From Breznakia blatticola (lineage in GTDB: Bacteria > Bacillota_I > Bacilli_A > Erysipelotrichales > Erysipelotrichaceae): a stretch of DNA of 32,000 nt. The position numbers were made by a program, and so were the translations under genes. Positions 17,339 to 26,468 of this stretch are shown here, piece by piece; the first letter of the stretch is position 1; every line of letters begins with the position of its first letter. The notes under the pieces are model-generated. The model ran no database searches, had not been told where the DNA came from, and was given only the letters and a program-made list of their open reading frames with translations. The DNA is taken from positions 1 through 32,000 of the forward strand of contig NZ_SODD01000007.1 of the NCBI RefSeq assembly GCF_004365815.1, written 5' to 3'.

Positions 17339-17523
17339 TGGCTAAAAAAGCGATGATTTTAAAATCACAAAAACCGCAAAAATTTAAAGTTCGTGAATAC
17401 ACTCGTTGTGAACGTTGTGGACGTCCTCACTCAGTATTAAGAAAATATAAATTATGTCGTATTTGCTTCAGAGAATTGGCTTACAAAGGTCAAATCCCTG
17501 GTGTAAAGAAGGCTAGTTGGTAA
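17338..17523 (+). CDS. rpsN: 30S ribosomal protein S14, short zinc-binding type Z
   Basis: 61 aa with CERCGRP...CRICFRE (CxxC...CxxC). The start overlaps the rplE stop codon (TAATG). Confidence 0.96.
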   Translation: MAKKAMILKSQKPQKFKVREYTRCERCGRPHSVLRKYKLCRICFRELAYKGQIPGVKKASW

Positions 17524-17541
17524 GAAGGAGGAATAGTTATT

Positions 17542-17937
17542 ATGATTATGACAGACCCAATTGCGGATATGTTAACACGCGTAAGAAATGCTATTCAAGC
17601 ACGTCATACAACAGTAGATATTCCTGCAAACAAAGAAAAAGTTGAGATTGCAAAAATCTTAAAAGCAGAAGGATTCATTACAGAATACGAAGTTAATGGA
17701 GACGTTAAGAAAACATTAACTGTAACGTTAAAGTATGGACCAAACAATGAAAAAGTAATCAACGGAATTAAGAGAATCTCTTCTCCAGGACTTCGTGTAT
17801 ACACAAAAGCAGAAGATATGCCACGTGTATTAAACGGACTTGGAATTGCGATTATCTCAACAAGCCATGGATTATTAACTGACAAAGAAGCTAGAGCTAA
17901 AAACGTTGGTGGCGAAGTAGTCGCTTACGTTTGGTAG
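17542..17937 (+). CDS. rpsH: 30S ribosomal protein S8
   Basis: [14 protein letters not shown]...[31 protein letters not shown]. The start could be the ATG at 17542 or at 17548. Confidence 0.96.
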   Translation: MIMTDPIADMLTRVRNAIQARHTTVDIPANKEKVEIAKILKAEGFITEYEVNGDVKKTLTVTLKYGPNNEKVINGIKRISSPGLRVYTKAEDMPRVLNGLGIAIISTSHGLLTDKEARAKNVGGEVVAYVW

Positions 17938-17960
17938 TCTAGAATTACGGAGGAAAAGTA

Positions 17961-18509
17961 ATGTCACGTATCGGAAATAAAGCGATTACCGTTCCTGCAG
18001 GTGTAGAAGTAAGTATTTCTGCAGCGAATGAGGTGACTGTTAAAGGTCCAAAAGGAACTTTATCTCGCCAATTCTCTCCATTAATGGATATTAAACAAGA
18101 TGGAGAAATTATTACAGTTGCTCGTGCAAACGAACAAAAACACACAAAACAATTACACGGAACTACTCGTGCCTTATTAAACAACATGATCGTTGGGGTA
18201 CACGAAGGTTACGAAAAAGACTTAGAACTAGTAGGGATTGGATTTAAAGCCGCTCTTAAAGGAAAAGTTCTTGAGTTAATTGTTGGGTATTCACACCCAG
18301 TTAACATCGAAATCGAAGAAGGATTAACTTGCGAAGTTAGTTCTCCAACTGCTATTAAGATTAGTGGAATCGATAAACAACGCGTTGGTGAATGTGCAGC
18401 CAACATTCGCGCAGTAAGAAAACCAGAACCTTACAAAGGAAAAGGTATTCGCTACAAAGGTGAATACATCCGTCGTAAAGAAGGTAAGACTGCTGCTAAG
18501 AAAGGATAA
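17961..18509 (+). CDS. rplF: 50S ribosomal protein L6
   Basis: MSRIGNKAITVPAGVEV...VKGPKGTLS...GYSHPV...PEPYKGKGIRYKGE. Confidence 0.97.
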   Translation: MSRIGNKAITVPAGVEVSISAANEVTVKGPKGTLSRQFSPLMDIKQDGEIITVARANEQKHTKQLHGTTRALLNNMIVGVHEGYEKDLELVGIGFKAALKGKVLELIVGYSHPVNIEIEEGLTCEVSSPTAIKISGIDKQRVGECAANIRAVRKPEPYKGKGIRYKGEYIRRKEGKTAAKKG

Positions 18510-18524
18510 TAGGAGGACACAATT

Positions 18525-18881
18525 ATGATTAACAAAACAGCTAGAAATGTAGAACGTAAACGTCGTCACGTACGTGTTCGTAAAAAAATCAGTGGTACTC
18601 CAACATGTCCACGTTTAAATGTGTTCCGTTCAAACGCACACATTCATGCACAAATTATCGATGACGAAAACAGAAAAACTTTAGTATCAGCTAGTTCAGT
18701 ATCAATGAAATTATCTAACGGTGGTAACGTTGAAGCTGCTAAACAAGTTGGTAAAACAATCGCTGAGTTAGCAAACAAAGCGAAAATTGAAAATGTAGTA
18801 TTCGACCGTGGTGGATATGTTTACCATGGACGTGTAAAAGCATTAGCCGAAGCTGCTCGTGAAGCAGGGCTTAAATTTTAG
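18525..18881 (+). CDS. rplR: 50S ribosomal protein L18
   Basis: [15 protein letters not shown]...[18 protein letters not shown]...[27 protein letters not shown]. Confidence 0.97.
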   Translation: MINKTARNVERKRRHVRVRKKISGTPTCPRLNVFRSNAHIHAQIIDDENRKTLVSASSVSMKLSNGGNVEAAKQVGKTIAELANKAKIENVVFDRGGYVYHGRVKALAEAAREAGLKF

Positions 18882-18890
18882 GAGGAACTC

Positions 18891-19532
18891 ATGATGGAAA
18901 ACAAAGAAACAAATGTTGTTGAAGAAGTGAAAGCTCCTGAAGTGGAAGCTGCTACACCAGCAACTCAAGAAAAAGCGGCAGCTCCTGAAGCTAAGAAAAA
19001 CTTCAAGAGAAATGACCGTAGACCACAAAGAAAACCAAGAAGAGATCGCAATGAAAAAGAATTCGAAGAACGCGTAGTTACAATTAATCGTGTTACAAAA
19101 GTAGTTAAAGGGGGACGTCGTTTCCGTTTCTCTGCTTTAGTTGTAATCGGTGATGGTAAAGGTCGTGTTGGATTCGCTACAGGAAAAGCAAATGAAGTTC
19201 CTGATGCAATCAAAAAAGCGGTCGAAGCTGCTAAGAAAAACGTATTTACAGTACCAATGGTTGGAACTACAATTCCTCATGAAATTACTGGAAACTACGG
19301 TGCAGGTAGCGTATTCTTACGTCCAGCTACAGAAGGTACAGGGGTAATCGCCGGTGGTGCGGTACGTGATGTACTAGAGGTTGCAGGAGTTAAGGATATC
19401 CTTACTAAATGTCTTGGTTCACGTACACCAATTAACATGGTGCGTGCGACAATTACAGCTTTAGAAGAACTTAAAACTGTAGAAGATATTGCACGTCTTC
19501 GTGGAAAAAAACCAGAAGAGATTCGTGGTTAG
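18891..19532 (+). CDS. rpsE: 30S ribosomal protein S5 (with an N-terminal extension of ~45-50 aa)
   Basis: The conserved core starts at [32 protein letters not shown]. The preceding sequence is A/E/P/K-rich then R/K-rich ([53 protein letters not shown]). Confidence 0.95.
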   Translation: MMENKETNVVEEVKAPEVEAATPATQEKAAAPEAKKNFKRNDRRPQRKPRRDRNEKEFEERVVTINRVTKVVKGGRRFRFSALVVIGDGKGRVGFATGKANEVPDAIKKAVEAAKKNVFTVPMVGTTIPHEITGNYGAGSVFLRPATEGTGVIAGGAVRDVLEVAGVKDILTKCLGSRTPINMVRATITALEELKTVEDIARLRGKKPEEIRG

Positions 19533-19547
19533 TAGGAGGGTGCACAT

Positions 19548-19988
19548 ATGAAATTACATGAAATGAAATATAACGACGGTGCTAGAAAAAACCGTAAACG
19601 TCTTGGACGTGGTCACGGATCTGGTCAAGGTAAAACTGCTGGAAAAGGACACAAAGGACAAAACGCTCGTTCTGGTGGAGGAGTTCGTTTAGGATTTGAA
19701 GGGGGACAAACACCTCTTGCAAGAAGACTTCCAAAACGTGGATTCACTAACTTTACTAGAAAAGAATACGGAATTGTTAATGTTGAAGCATTAAACAAGT
19801 TCGATAATGGAGTTGAAGTAACACCTGAATTACTAATTGAAACTGGATTAGTTAAAAAAGAACTATCTGGAATTAAAGTATTAGGTGAAGGTGCTCTAGA
19901 AAAGAAATTAACTGTAAAAGCTAACAAATTTTCTAAAGCTGCTATTGCTAGTATTGAAAAAGCAGGCGGGAAAGCAGAGGTAATCTAA
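19548..19988 (+). CDS. rplO: 50S ribosomal protein L15
   Basis: [48 protein letters not shown]. Confidence 0.97.
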   Translation: MKLHEMKYNDGARKNRKRLGRGHGSGQGKTAGKGHKGQNARSGGGVRLGFEGGQTPLARRLPKRGFTNFTRKEYGIVNVEALNKFDNGVEVTPELLIETGLVKKELSGIKVLGEGALEKKLTVKANKFSKAAIASIEKAGGKAEVI

Positions 19989-19989
19989 T

Positions 19990-21309
19990 ATGTTTTCCAC
20001 GTTTGCAGGATTCTTTAAGAACAAAGAGATTCGTAAAAAAATCCTGTTTACGATTGCGATACTATTTGTGTACCGTATGGGTGCACAAATACCTGTACCT
20101 AACGTAAGCTTAGATATAACACAAGTGTCTGAAACAAAATCGATTTTAGATATGATGAACCTACTTGGTGGGGGAGCCATTGATAAACTATCGGTCTTTG
20201 CATTAGGGGTTGGACCTTACATTACAGCATCAATTATTATTCAATTATTATCGATGGACGTAATTCCACACCTAACAGAACTATCAAAATCCGGTCAAAC
20301 AGGAAAGAAAAAGCTCGACAAATACACAAGATATTTAGCAGTTGTACTTTGCTTCGTACAAGCATATACAACTACATTAGTCTTAACAAGACAAGATGGA
20401 ACAAGTATACTTGAAAACTCAAGTACTGCTGGATTCCTATATGTTGCAATTGTATTTACCGCAGGAACCATGTTCCTATTATGGCTTGCGGATCGTATTT
20501 CAATGCATGGTATTGGAAATGGTGTTTCTATCATTATCTTCGCAGGTATTGTTAGTGATATGCCTTACCAATTCATCAATGCATTCCGCACACTTACAGC
20601 TGGTGCCAATGGAAGTTCATTCTTCTCAGGGGTGCTGACGTTTGTGGGATTTGTATTAGTGTATCTAATTATTATTGTACTGGTTATCTTTATGCAGACA
20701 GCCGTACGTAAAATTCCAATTCAATACACATCAAGTACTGTACAAAAAAGTGGAAAAGATATGACATATCTTCCATTAAAAATTAACTCAGCAAGTGTAA
20801 TCCCGGTAATTTTTGCCAGCTCGATTATGATTGCTCCAGTTACAATTGTATCTTTGCTAGTAAATAATAATATTATTAAAGCAAGTGGATGGACGGAAAC
20901 GATGCAAAACCTATTAGGTATGCAAAGTGCAACATCGCTTGTTATCTATGCAATCTTGATTGTATTATTTACGTTCTTCTATACAAAGCTTCAAGTTGAT
21001 CCTGAAAAAATTGCAGACAACTTAAGTAAAAACGGAACGTACATTCCAGGTATTCGTCCTGGTAAAGAAACGAAAAACTACATCAACACGGTGTTATCAA
21101 GAATTACAGTTCTTGGAGCGATTGGATTATTATTCATCGCCTTGTTGCCAAACGTAGCACCATTGATTATGAAAAGTTTACCAAGTAGTATCCGTATGGG
21201 TGGTACAGGGCTAATCATTGTTGTTGGGGTAGCAATGGAGACGGTTGCTCAACTTAAAGGGCAAATGACTGCTAAGTCATACCGTGGATTTATGGGAGTA
21301 AAACGATAG
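19990..21309 (+). CDS. secY: Preprotein translocase subunit SecY
   Basis: 439 aa with 10 TM helices. RKKILFTIAILFVYRMGAQIPVP...FALGVGPYITASIIIQLL...GGTGLIIVVGVAMET. Confidence 0.97.
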   Translation: MFSTFAGFFKNKEIRKKILFTIAILFVYRMGAQIPVPNVSLDITQVSETKSILDMMNLLGGGAIDKLSVFALGVGPYITASIIIQLLSMDVIPHLTELSKSGQTGKKKLDKYTRYLAVVLCFVQAYTTTLVLTRQDGTSILENSSTAGFLYVAIVFTAGTMFLLWLADRISMHGIGNGVSIIIFAGIVSDMPYQFINAFRTLTAGANGSSFFSGVLTFVGFVLVYLIIIVLVIFMQTAVRKIPIQYTSSTVQKSGKDMTYLPLKINSASVIPVIFASSIMIAPVTIVSLLVNNNIIKASGWTETMQNLLGMQSATSLVIYAILIVLFTFFYTKLQVDPEKIADNLSKNGTYIPGIRPGKETKNYINTVLSRITVLGAIGLLFIALLPNVAPLIMKSLPSSIRMGGTGLIIVVGVAMETVAQLKGQMTAKSYRGFMGVKR

Positions 21310-21310
21310 T

Positions 21311-21952
21311 ATGAACATTCTTATCATGGGAGGACCTGGTGCCGGTAAAGGTACAATGTCCAAAAAAATCGTTGAGAACTATGAAGTTACACATATTTCA
21401 ACGGGAGATATCTTCCGTAGTGAAGTAGGAAATGGAACTCCATTAGGACTTGAAGCTAAGAAATATATGGATGCAGGGAAACTTGTTCCTGATGAAGTTA
21501 CCAACCCAATGGTAAAAAGTTTCTTAGAAACACAAGATTTAGCAAACGGTTATCTACTTGATGGATACCCAAGAACCTTAGCGCAAGCAAAAGCGTTCGA
21601 TGAACTTGTGAAAGGAAGCGATTTGGAAATTGATAAAGTGATCACACTCGACATTCCATTTGAGAAATTAGCAAAACGAATTACAGGGCGTCGCTTATGT
21701 AAAACTTGTGGACACATCTACCATGTAGATTACCATCCACCAAAAGTTGAAGGCATTTGTGATATCGATGGTAGTGAACTTTACCAACGTAAAGACGATA
21801 CAATCGAATCTTTGGAAGTTCGTTTAGCAGAATACGAAAACAACGCACAACCAATTCTTGATTACTACAAGGATAAAGTTGTTATCATCAATGCTGACCA
21901 AAGCACGGATGATGTTTGGAAAGAAATCGAATCAGCTTTAGGAGGCAAGTAG
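21311..21952 (+). CDS. adk: Adenylate kinase (zinc-lid type)
   Basis: P-loop GGPGAGKGT, DGYPRT, and a lid CKTCGHIYH...CDIDGSEL (Cys-x2-Cys...Cys-x2-Asp). Confidence 0.97.
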   Translation: MNILIMGGPGAGKGTMSKKIVENYEVTHISTGDIFRSEVGNGTPLGLEAKKYMDAGKLVPDEVTNPMVKSFLETQDLANGYLLDGYPRTLAQAKAFDELVKGSDLEIDKVITLDIPFEKLAKRITGRRLCKTCGHIYHVDYHPPKVEGICDIDGSELYQRKDDTIESLEVRLAEYENNAQPILDYYKDKVVIINADQSTDDVWKEIESALGGK

Positions 21953-21953
21953 T

Positions 21954-22718
21954 ATGATTACTACGAAGTCTCCTAGAGAGATTGATTTAATGCGTAAAGC
22001 TGGTCATATTGTTGCACTGGCTCACAAACGTGCCAAAGAAGTCATTCGACCAGGTTTGAATACTTTAGAACTTGACAGAGCTTGTGAAAAGGTTATACTT
22101 GACCAAGGAGCAACCCCATCCTTCAAAGGATTGTATGGGTTTCCTAATGCTTGTTGTATTTCAGTGAATGAAGTGCTTGTTCATGGAATTCCTAATAAAC
22201 ATACAGTATTAAAAGAAGGCGACATTGTGTCTGTTGATATCGGTGCTTGTTACAAAGGTTACCATGGTGACTCTGCTTGGAGTTATCCAGTTGGTCAAAT
22301 CAGTGAAGAAGCACAAAGATTACTTGACGTAACGGAAGAATCGTTATATAAAGGTCTAGAGAAAGCAAACGCACAGTATCGTTTAGGTGACATTTCACAT
22401 GCGATTGAAGAGTACGTAGTAGAGCACGGATATTCTGTACCAAAGGACTATACAGGACATGGTATTGGAAGTGATGTGCATGAAGATCCAAGCGTACCAA
22501 ATTTTGGTAAAGCAGGTAGTGGTATTCGACTTCGTGCTGGAATGTGTTTAGCAATTGAACCAATGGTTCAAGCTGGTAAACCACAAACCAAAACTTTAAG
22601 TGATGATTGGACAGTCGTTAGTCGCGATGGGTCCTTGACCGCACATTTCGAACATACTGTAGTGATTGGTGAAGACAGTTGTGAAATACTTACTAAATTA
22701 CAATCAGAGGAGGACTAA
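21954..22718 (+). CDS. map: Methionine aminopeptidase, type I
   Basis: VHGIPN...[19 protein letters not shown]...TGHGIG...LAIEPM...EHTV metal-ligand blocks. Confidence 0.96.
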   Translation: MITTKSPREIDLMRKAGHIVALAHKRAKEVIRPGLNTLELDRACEKVILDQGATPSFKGLYGFPNACCISVNEVLVHGIPNKHTVLKEGDIVSVDIGACYKGYHGDSAWSYPVGQISEEAQRLLDVTEESLYKGLEKANAQYRLGDISHAIEEYVVEHGYSVPKDYTGHGIGSDVHEDPSVPNFGKAGSGIRLRAGMCLAIEPMVQAGKPQTKTLSDDWTVVSRDGSLTAHFEHTVVIGEDSCEILTKLQSEED

Positions 22719-22936
22719 TGGGTAAGCAAGACGTTATTGAAATCGATGGAATTGTAGTTGATACACTTCCAAACGCAATGTTTAAAGTGAAATTAGAAAA
22801 TGGGCACGAGATCATGGCTCACGTTTCTGGTAAAATCCGTATGCACTACATTCGCATTTTACCAGGTGATCGTGTAACAGTAGAAATTTCACCATATGAT
22901 TTAACACGTGGGCGTATTACATTCCGTCATAAGTAA
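22718..22936 (+). CDS. infA: Translation initiation factor IF-1
   Basis: 72 aa. [48 protein letters not shown]. Confidence 0.97.
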   Translation: MGKQDVIEIDGIVVDTLPNAMFKVKLENGHEIMAHVSGKIRMHYIRILPGDRVTVEISPYDLTRGRITFRHK

Positions 22937-22957
22937 ACGGATAGGAGGCTACATTAT

Positions 22958-23071
22958 ATGAAAGTAAGACCATCAGTAAAACCAATTTGCGACAAATGTC
23001 GTGTAATTAAAAGAAAAGGTCGTGTTATGGTGATTTGCGAAAATCCTAAGCACAAACAAAGACAAGGATAA
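22958..23071 (+). CDS. rpmJ: 50S ribosomal protein L36 (not in the supplied ORF track, below the 60-aa cutoff)
   Basis: My translation gives [37 protein letters not shown], 37 aa, with an AGGAGG RBS at about 22943-22948. It sits in the canonical infA-rpmJ-rpsM position. Confidence 0.93.
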   Translation: MKVRPSVKPICDKCRVIKRKGRVMVICENPKHKQRQG

Positions 23072-23090
23072 AAGAGAGGTAAAGTAAAAT

Positions 23091-23456
23091 ATGGCTCGTA
23101 TTGCAGGAGTAGATATTCCACGCGATAAGCGTGTAGTTGTTTCATTAACTTACGTATACGGTATTGGTCGTACAACAGCATCTAAAGTTTTAGCTGCAGC
23201 TGGTGTTGACGAAAACATCCGTGTAAAAGATTTAACTGAAGATCAACTTAACAAAATTCGTTCTGAAGTTGACGCAATTAAAGTAGAAGGTGATTTACGT
23301 CGTGAAACGCAATTAAACATTAAACGTTTAATGGAAATTGCATCATACCGTGGAATCCGTCACCGTAGAGGTCTACCAGTTCGTGGACAACGTACGAAAA
23401 CAAATGCTCGTACACGTAAAGGTCCAGTTAAAACAGTAGCTGGTAAAAAGAAATAA
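23091..23456 (+). CDS. rpsM: 30S ribosomal protein S13
   Basis: [26 protein letters not shown]...[23 protein letters not shown]. Confidence 0.97.
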   Translation: MARIAGVDIPRDKRVVVSLTYVYGIGRTTASKVLAAAGVDENIRVKDLTEDQLNKIRSEVDAIKVEGDLRRETQLNIKRLMEIASYRGIRHRRGLPVRGQRTKTNARTRKGPVKTVAGKKK

Positions 23457-23477
23457 GCAGAAGGAGGTAGACACTAA

Positions 23478-23870
23478 ATGGCAAAAGGTAAACAAACGAC
23501 TCGTAAACGTCGTATTAAAAAGAATATTGCTAAAGGTTGTGCACACATTCACTCAACTTTTAACAACACAATCGTTACCATCTCTGATGAAGGTGGAAAC
23601 GCAGTTTCTTGGTCTAGTGCAGGAGCTTTAGGATTTAAAGGTTCTCGTAAATCAACTCCATATGCTGCACAAATGGCAGGAGAAGCGGCTGGTAAAGCGG
23701 CTATGGAACATGGAATGAAAACTGTTTCAGTTAACGTTAAAGGACCTGGTCCTGGACGTGAAGCAGCAGTTAGAGCACTACAAGTGGCAGGTTTAGAAAT
23801 TACAATGATTAACGATGTAACACCTATTCCTCACAATGGTTGTCGTCCACCAAAAAGACCACGTGGATAA
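23478..23870 (+). CDS. rpsK: 30S ribosomal protein S11
   Basis: [28 protein letters not shown]...[14 protein letters not shown]...[17 protein letters not shown]. Confidence 0.97.
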   Translation: MAKGKQTTRKRRIKKNIAKGCAHIHSTFNNTIVTISDEGGNAVSWSSAGALGFKGSRKSTPYAAQMAGEAAGKAAMEHGMKTVSVNVKGPGPGREAAVRALQVAGLEITMINDVTPIPHNGCRPPKRPRG

Positions 23871-23905
23871 GATCATTAACGTAACGTAAAGAGGAGGTAA
23901 TAGGA

Positions 23906-24865
23906 ATGCAAAATTTTGAACGTGCGAATTTTGAAGTAAAAGAATTTATTGATTCTGAGAATTATGGAAAATTTGTGATTGAACCACTTGAAAGAGGGTT
24001 CGGTACAACGATTGGAAATGCACTTCGCCGTGTATTACTATCTTCCCTACCTGGAGGAGCTATTTTCTCTATTAAGGTTGATGGCGTATTCCATGAATTT
24101 ACATCAATTCCTGGGGTAAAAGAAGATGTTACTTCGATTATCTTAAACCTAAAAAATGTAGTATTGAAAATTGATGATGATGAAATTCACACATTACGTA
24201 TTTCTAAAAAGGGATACGGTGAAGTTCACGCTTCAGATATCGAACTTCCTGATGGAGTTGAAGTGTTAAATGAAGACCTATACATCTGTACAGTTGAACA
24301 AGGTCATACATTTGAAATGGAACTTCAAGCGAAAAGTGGAAGAGGTTACGTTAGTGCTGATCAAAACAAAGCATTATATGCAGGTGCTGGTCAAGCATTA
24401 GGAACAATCTATACAGATGCTATTTTTACACCAATTCAAAAAGTAGCTTACAATGTTGAACCAACACGCGTTGGTCAAAATGCAAACTACGATAAAGTAG
24501 AATTAGAAATCTGGACAGATGGTTCTATTACACCACAAGAATCTATCGCTTTAGGATCTAAAATCTTAATCGACCACTTAGAACTTCTAACAAATGTTCA
24601 CGAAGTTGTAAATGAAATGGATTCAGTGATGAAAGATGTACAAGGTGAAGTTGTAAACAAAGGCCTTGTTATGATGATCGAAGACCTAGATCTTTCTGTT
24701 CGTTCATATAACTGTTTAAAACGTGCAGGTATTCAAACTGTTGAAGAACTTACACAAAAAACAGAAGACGAAATGATGAGAGTTCGTAACTTAGGTAAAA
24801 AATCATTAAAAGAAGTAAAAGACAAGATTTATGATTTGGGGCTTAGCTTCAAATCTTACGAATAG
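23906..24865 (+). CDS. rpoA: DNA-directed RNA polymerase alpha subunit
   Basis: GKFVIEPLERGFGTTIGNALRRVLLSSLPG (N-terminal domain) and LDLSVRSYNCLKRAGIQTVEEL...NLGKKSLKEV (C-terminal domain). Confidence 0.97.
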   Translation: MQNFERANFEVKEFIDSENYGKFVIEPLERGFGTTIGNALRRVLLSSLPGGAIFSIKVDGVFHEFTSIPGVKEDVTSIILNLKNVVLKIDDDEIHTLRISKKGYGEVHASDIELPDGVEVLNEDLYICTVEQGHTFEMELQAKSGRGYVSADQNKALYAGAGQALGTIYTDAIFTPIQKVAYNVEPTRVGQNANYDKVELEIWTDGSITPQESIALGSKILIDHLELLTNVHEVVNEMDSVMKDVQGEVVNKGLVMMIEDLDLSVRSYNCLKRAGIQTVEELTQKTEDEMMRVRNLGKKSLKEVKDKIYDLGLSFKSYE

Positions 24866-24882
24866 AAGGAGTATGAGGTATT

Positions 24883-25248
24883 ATGAGAAATCGTAAACTA
24901 GGACGTAAAGCAGATCACCGTAAAGCAATGCTTAGAAACCTTGCAACTTCAGTAATTATTTCTGAAAGTGTTGAAACTACAGAAATGAAAGCAAAAGAAG
25001 TTAGTTCTGTGGTTGAAAAATTAATCACTCTTGCTAAAAGAGGTGACTTACATGCACGTCGTCAAGCGGCAGCTTATGTACGTGATGTTGTAGCTGATGA
25101 AACTACTGGACAAACAGCTCTACAAAAATTATTCTCTGAGATTGGACCTATGTACCAAGACCGTAACGGGGGATATACAAGAGTTGTAAAAACAAGAAAC
25201 CGTCGTGGTGACAACGCTACAATGGCAATTGTACAATTAGTAAAATAA
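24883..25248 (+). CDS. rplQ: 50S ribosomal protein L17
   Basis: [22 protein letters not shown]...TTEMKAKEV...[25 protein letters not shown]. Confidence 0.97.
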   Translation: MRNRKLGRKADHRKAMLRNLATSVIISESVETTEMKAKEVSSVVEKLITLAKRGDLHARRQAAAYVRDVVADETTGQTALQKLFSEIGPMYQDRNGGYTRVVKTRNRRGDNATMAIVQLVK

Positions 25249-25253
25249 TTGAT

Positions 25254-25278
25254 GGAGAACTTCGGTTCTCTTTTTTTG
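25254..25278 (+). terminator. Rho-independent terminator of the ribosomal super-operon
   Basis: GGAGAAC-TTCG-GTTCTCT followed by a T7 run, 6 nt after the rplQ stop codon. Confidence 0.85.
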
Positions 25279-25283
25279 TTTAT

Positions 25284-25319
25284 AAAAAAACGAAAGACAC
25301 CGGAGTAATGTCTTTCGTT
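25284..25319 (-). terminator. Rho-independent terminator of the abi gene (minus strand)
   Basis: On the minus strand, AACGAAAGACA-TTACTCCGG-TGTCTTTCGTT followed by a T7 run. The stem overlaps the abi stop codon. It lies back-to-back with the rplQ terminator. Confidence 0.8.
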
Positions 25320-26259
25320 AATTATCGATATAATATTGTAAATAGAATCCTGTTAAATCGAGTAATATTCGTTGCCAATTATCTTTAAAGCAATAATTTT
25401 TTACAACATCAATGTTTGGAAATCTTGTCATTAATTGAGTGAGTTCCAAATTGAATCGTTGTACTATTGAAGAATCCGGGCAAAGCATTACAGTCACAGA
25501 AAGTAAATAAAAATACGTCTCATTCGATGTACAAGGACCATAAACCTTTTCGAATTCATCAGAATGTAACAATTTAGGTGGTCTTTGTTTGTGTTCAACT
25601 TGGAATAGTCGTTCATAATGGCTACATTTATTACGAAACATACATAAACTTCGATACCAACTAACTAAAAAAGATCGAGCAATTCTTTTGTTTGGGAATC
25701 TAAAATAGCCATTACTTATTTCATCAATATGTTCAAATTTTAGACCCTCCAAAAGAGATGCAACATCTCCAAAAGAAAGAAATTCCATTAGTGCCCATAA
25801 AGGATATTCTCCACTATATTTATATTCATGTGTTTGAATGATTTTACTGTCTGCATGTTTCGATTTGTATGTCTGCATGCACTCCTCAAGATATGAAACA
25901 TTTGAACTACGATAATAAATATCATTACTTTTATAGGATAGAGGTCCAATTTGGTTACATAGATAGTCAGTGATTATTGCCTTAAGACTTACTTCGACAC
26001 TTTCAAGAAGCATAAGTGTACTCCTGCGTAAATACATATCAAATTGATAGCAATCATAGATATCCTCGAAGAATATATCACTTTTAAATTCTTGATCATT
26101 TTCGTAGAAACTGTTAAAGTACCCACTCAATCTATAATAGTTAATGTGACTCAAAGTATAGTATGCACTATTCTCATCTCTAAATTTTAATCCTCTATCA
26201 AGTAGTAAGTCAATTTGTTCAGTTATTGTTAGTGCTGGCTTTCCATTCTTACATTCCAT
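25318..26259 (-). CDS. AbiD/AbiF-type abortive-infection protein (Abi_2 family, HEPN-type RxxxxH motif)
   Basis: 313 aa. The N-terminus KPALTITEQIDLLLDRGLKF...SHINYYRLSGYF matches the Abi_2 hallmark. The C-terminal half has FRNKCSHYERLF (R-x4-H, as in HEPN RNase motifs). It is the only minus-strand gene within a plus-strand run of more than 20 kb. Confidence 0.85.
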   Translation of the reverse strand: MECKNGKPALTITEQIDLLLDRGLKFRDENSAYYTLSHINYYRLSGYFNSFYENDQEFKSDIFFEDIYDCYQFDMYLRRSTLMLLESVEVSLKAIITDYLCNQIGPLSYKSNDIYYRSSNVSYLEECMQTYKSKHADSKIIQTHEYKYSGEYPLWALMEFLSFGDVASLLEGLKFEHIDEISNGYFRFPNKRIARSFLVSWYRSLCMFRNKCSHYERLFQVEHKQRPPKLLHSDEFEKVYGPCTSNETYFYLLSVTVMLCPDSSIVQRFNLELTQLMTRFPNIDVVKNYCFKDNWQRILLDLTGFYLQYYIDN

Positions 26260-26263
26260 TGTG

Positions 26264-26326
26264 CCCCCAAAATATTAAAAAGCCCCAGGCGAGTTAGCTT
26301 CAATGAGAGGCTCCCTGGGTTCTTAC
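26264..26326 (-). ncRNA. Structured 5' leader / candidate small cis RNA upstream of abi (hairpin plus U-tract)
   Basis: The minus strand reads GAA-CCCAGGGAG-(17-nt loop CCUCUCAUUGAAGCUAA)-CUCGCCUGGG-GCUUUUUAAUAUUUU, then GGGGGCACA-AUG. The stem is 9 bp and GC-rich with one bulged G. The element lies between the predicted promoter and the RBS. Confidence 0.45.
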
Positions 26327-26332
26327 ATATGT

Positions 26333-26361
26333 ATAATAACACGAAATGTGAAGAATTGTAA
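26333..26361 (-). promoter_or_regulatory. Candidate abi promoter (minus strand TTACAA-17-TATTAT)
   Basis: On the minus strand, -35 TTACAA (26361-26356), a 17-nt spacer and -10 TATTAT (26338-26333). Confidence 0.45.
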
Positions 26362-26410
26362 CTAAAAGAAATCTTAATTTTAAATTAACAATGTTTTAAA
26401 AATGTTGATG

Positions 26411-26439
26411 TTGTAAAAGATGATGGGTTCTACTACAAT
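26411..26439 (+). promoter_or_regulatory. Candidate promoter of the SseB-like gene (TTGTAA-17-TACAAT), divergent from abi
   Basis: TTGTAA at 26411-26416, a 17-nt spacer and TACAAT at 26434-26439. Confidence 0.45.
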
Positions 26440-26468
26440 GAGTATAGAAAGAGATGAAGGAAGAAATC

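Noticed and set aside
10909-20534. Numerous 60-113-aa ORFs on the minus strand, or in alternative plus-strand frames, inside the ribosomal operon (for example 10909-11112, 11176-11517, 12474-12758, 13234-13518, 13903-14187, 14713-14943, 17604-17885, 19150-19347, 19625-19927, 20295-20534, 20396-20638).
   Set aside because: All lie fully within strongly supported conserved genes. They lack SD sequences, translate to low-complexity or Cys/Ser/Thr-rich nonsense, and are the usual shadow ORFs of codon-biased genes.
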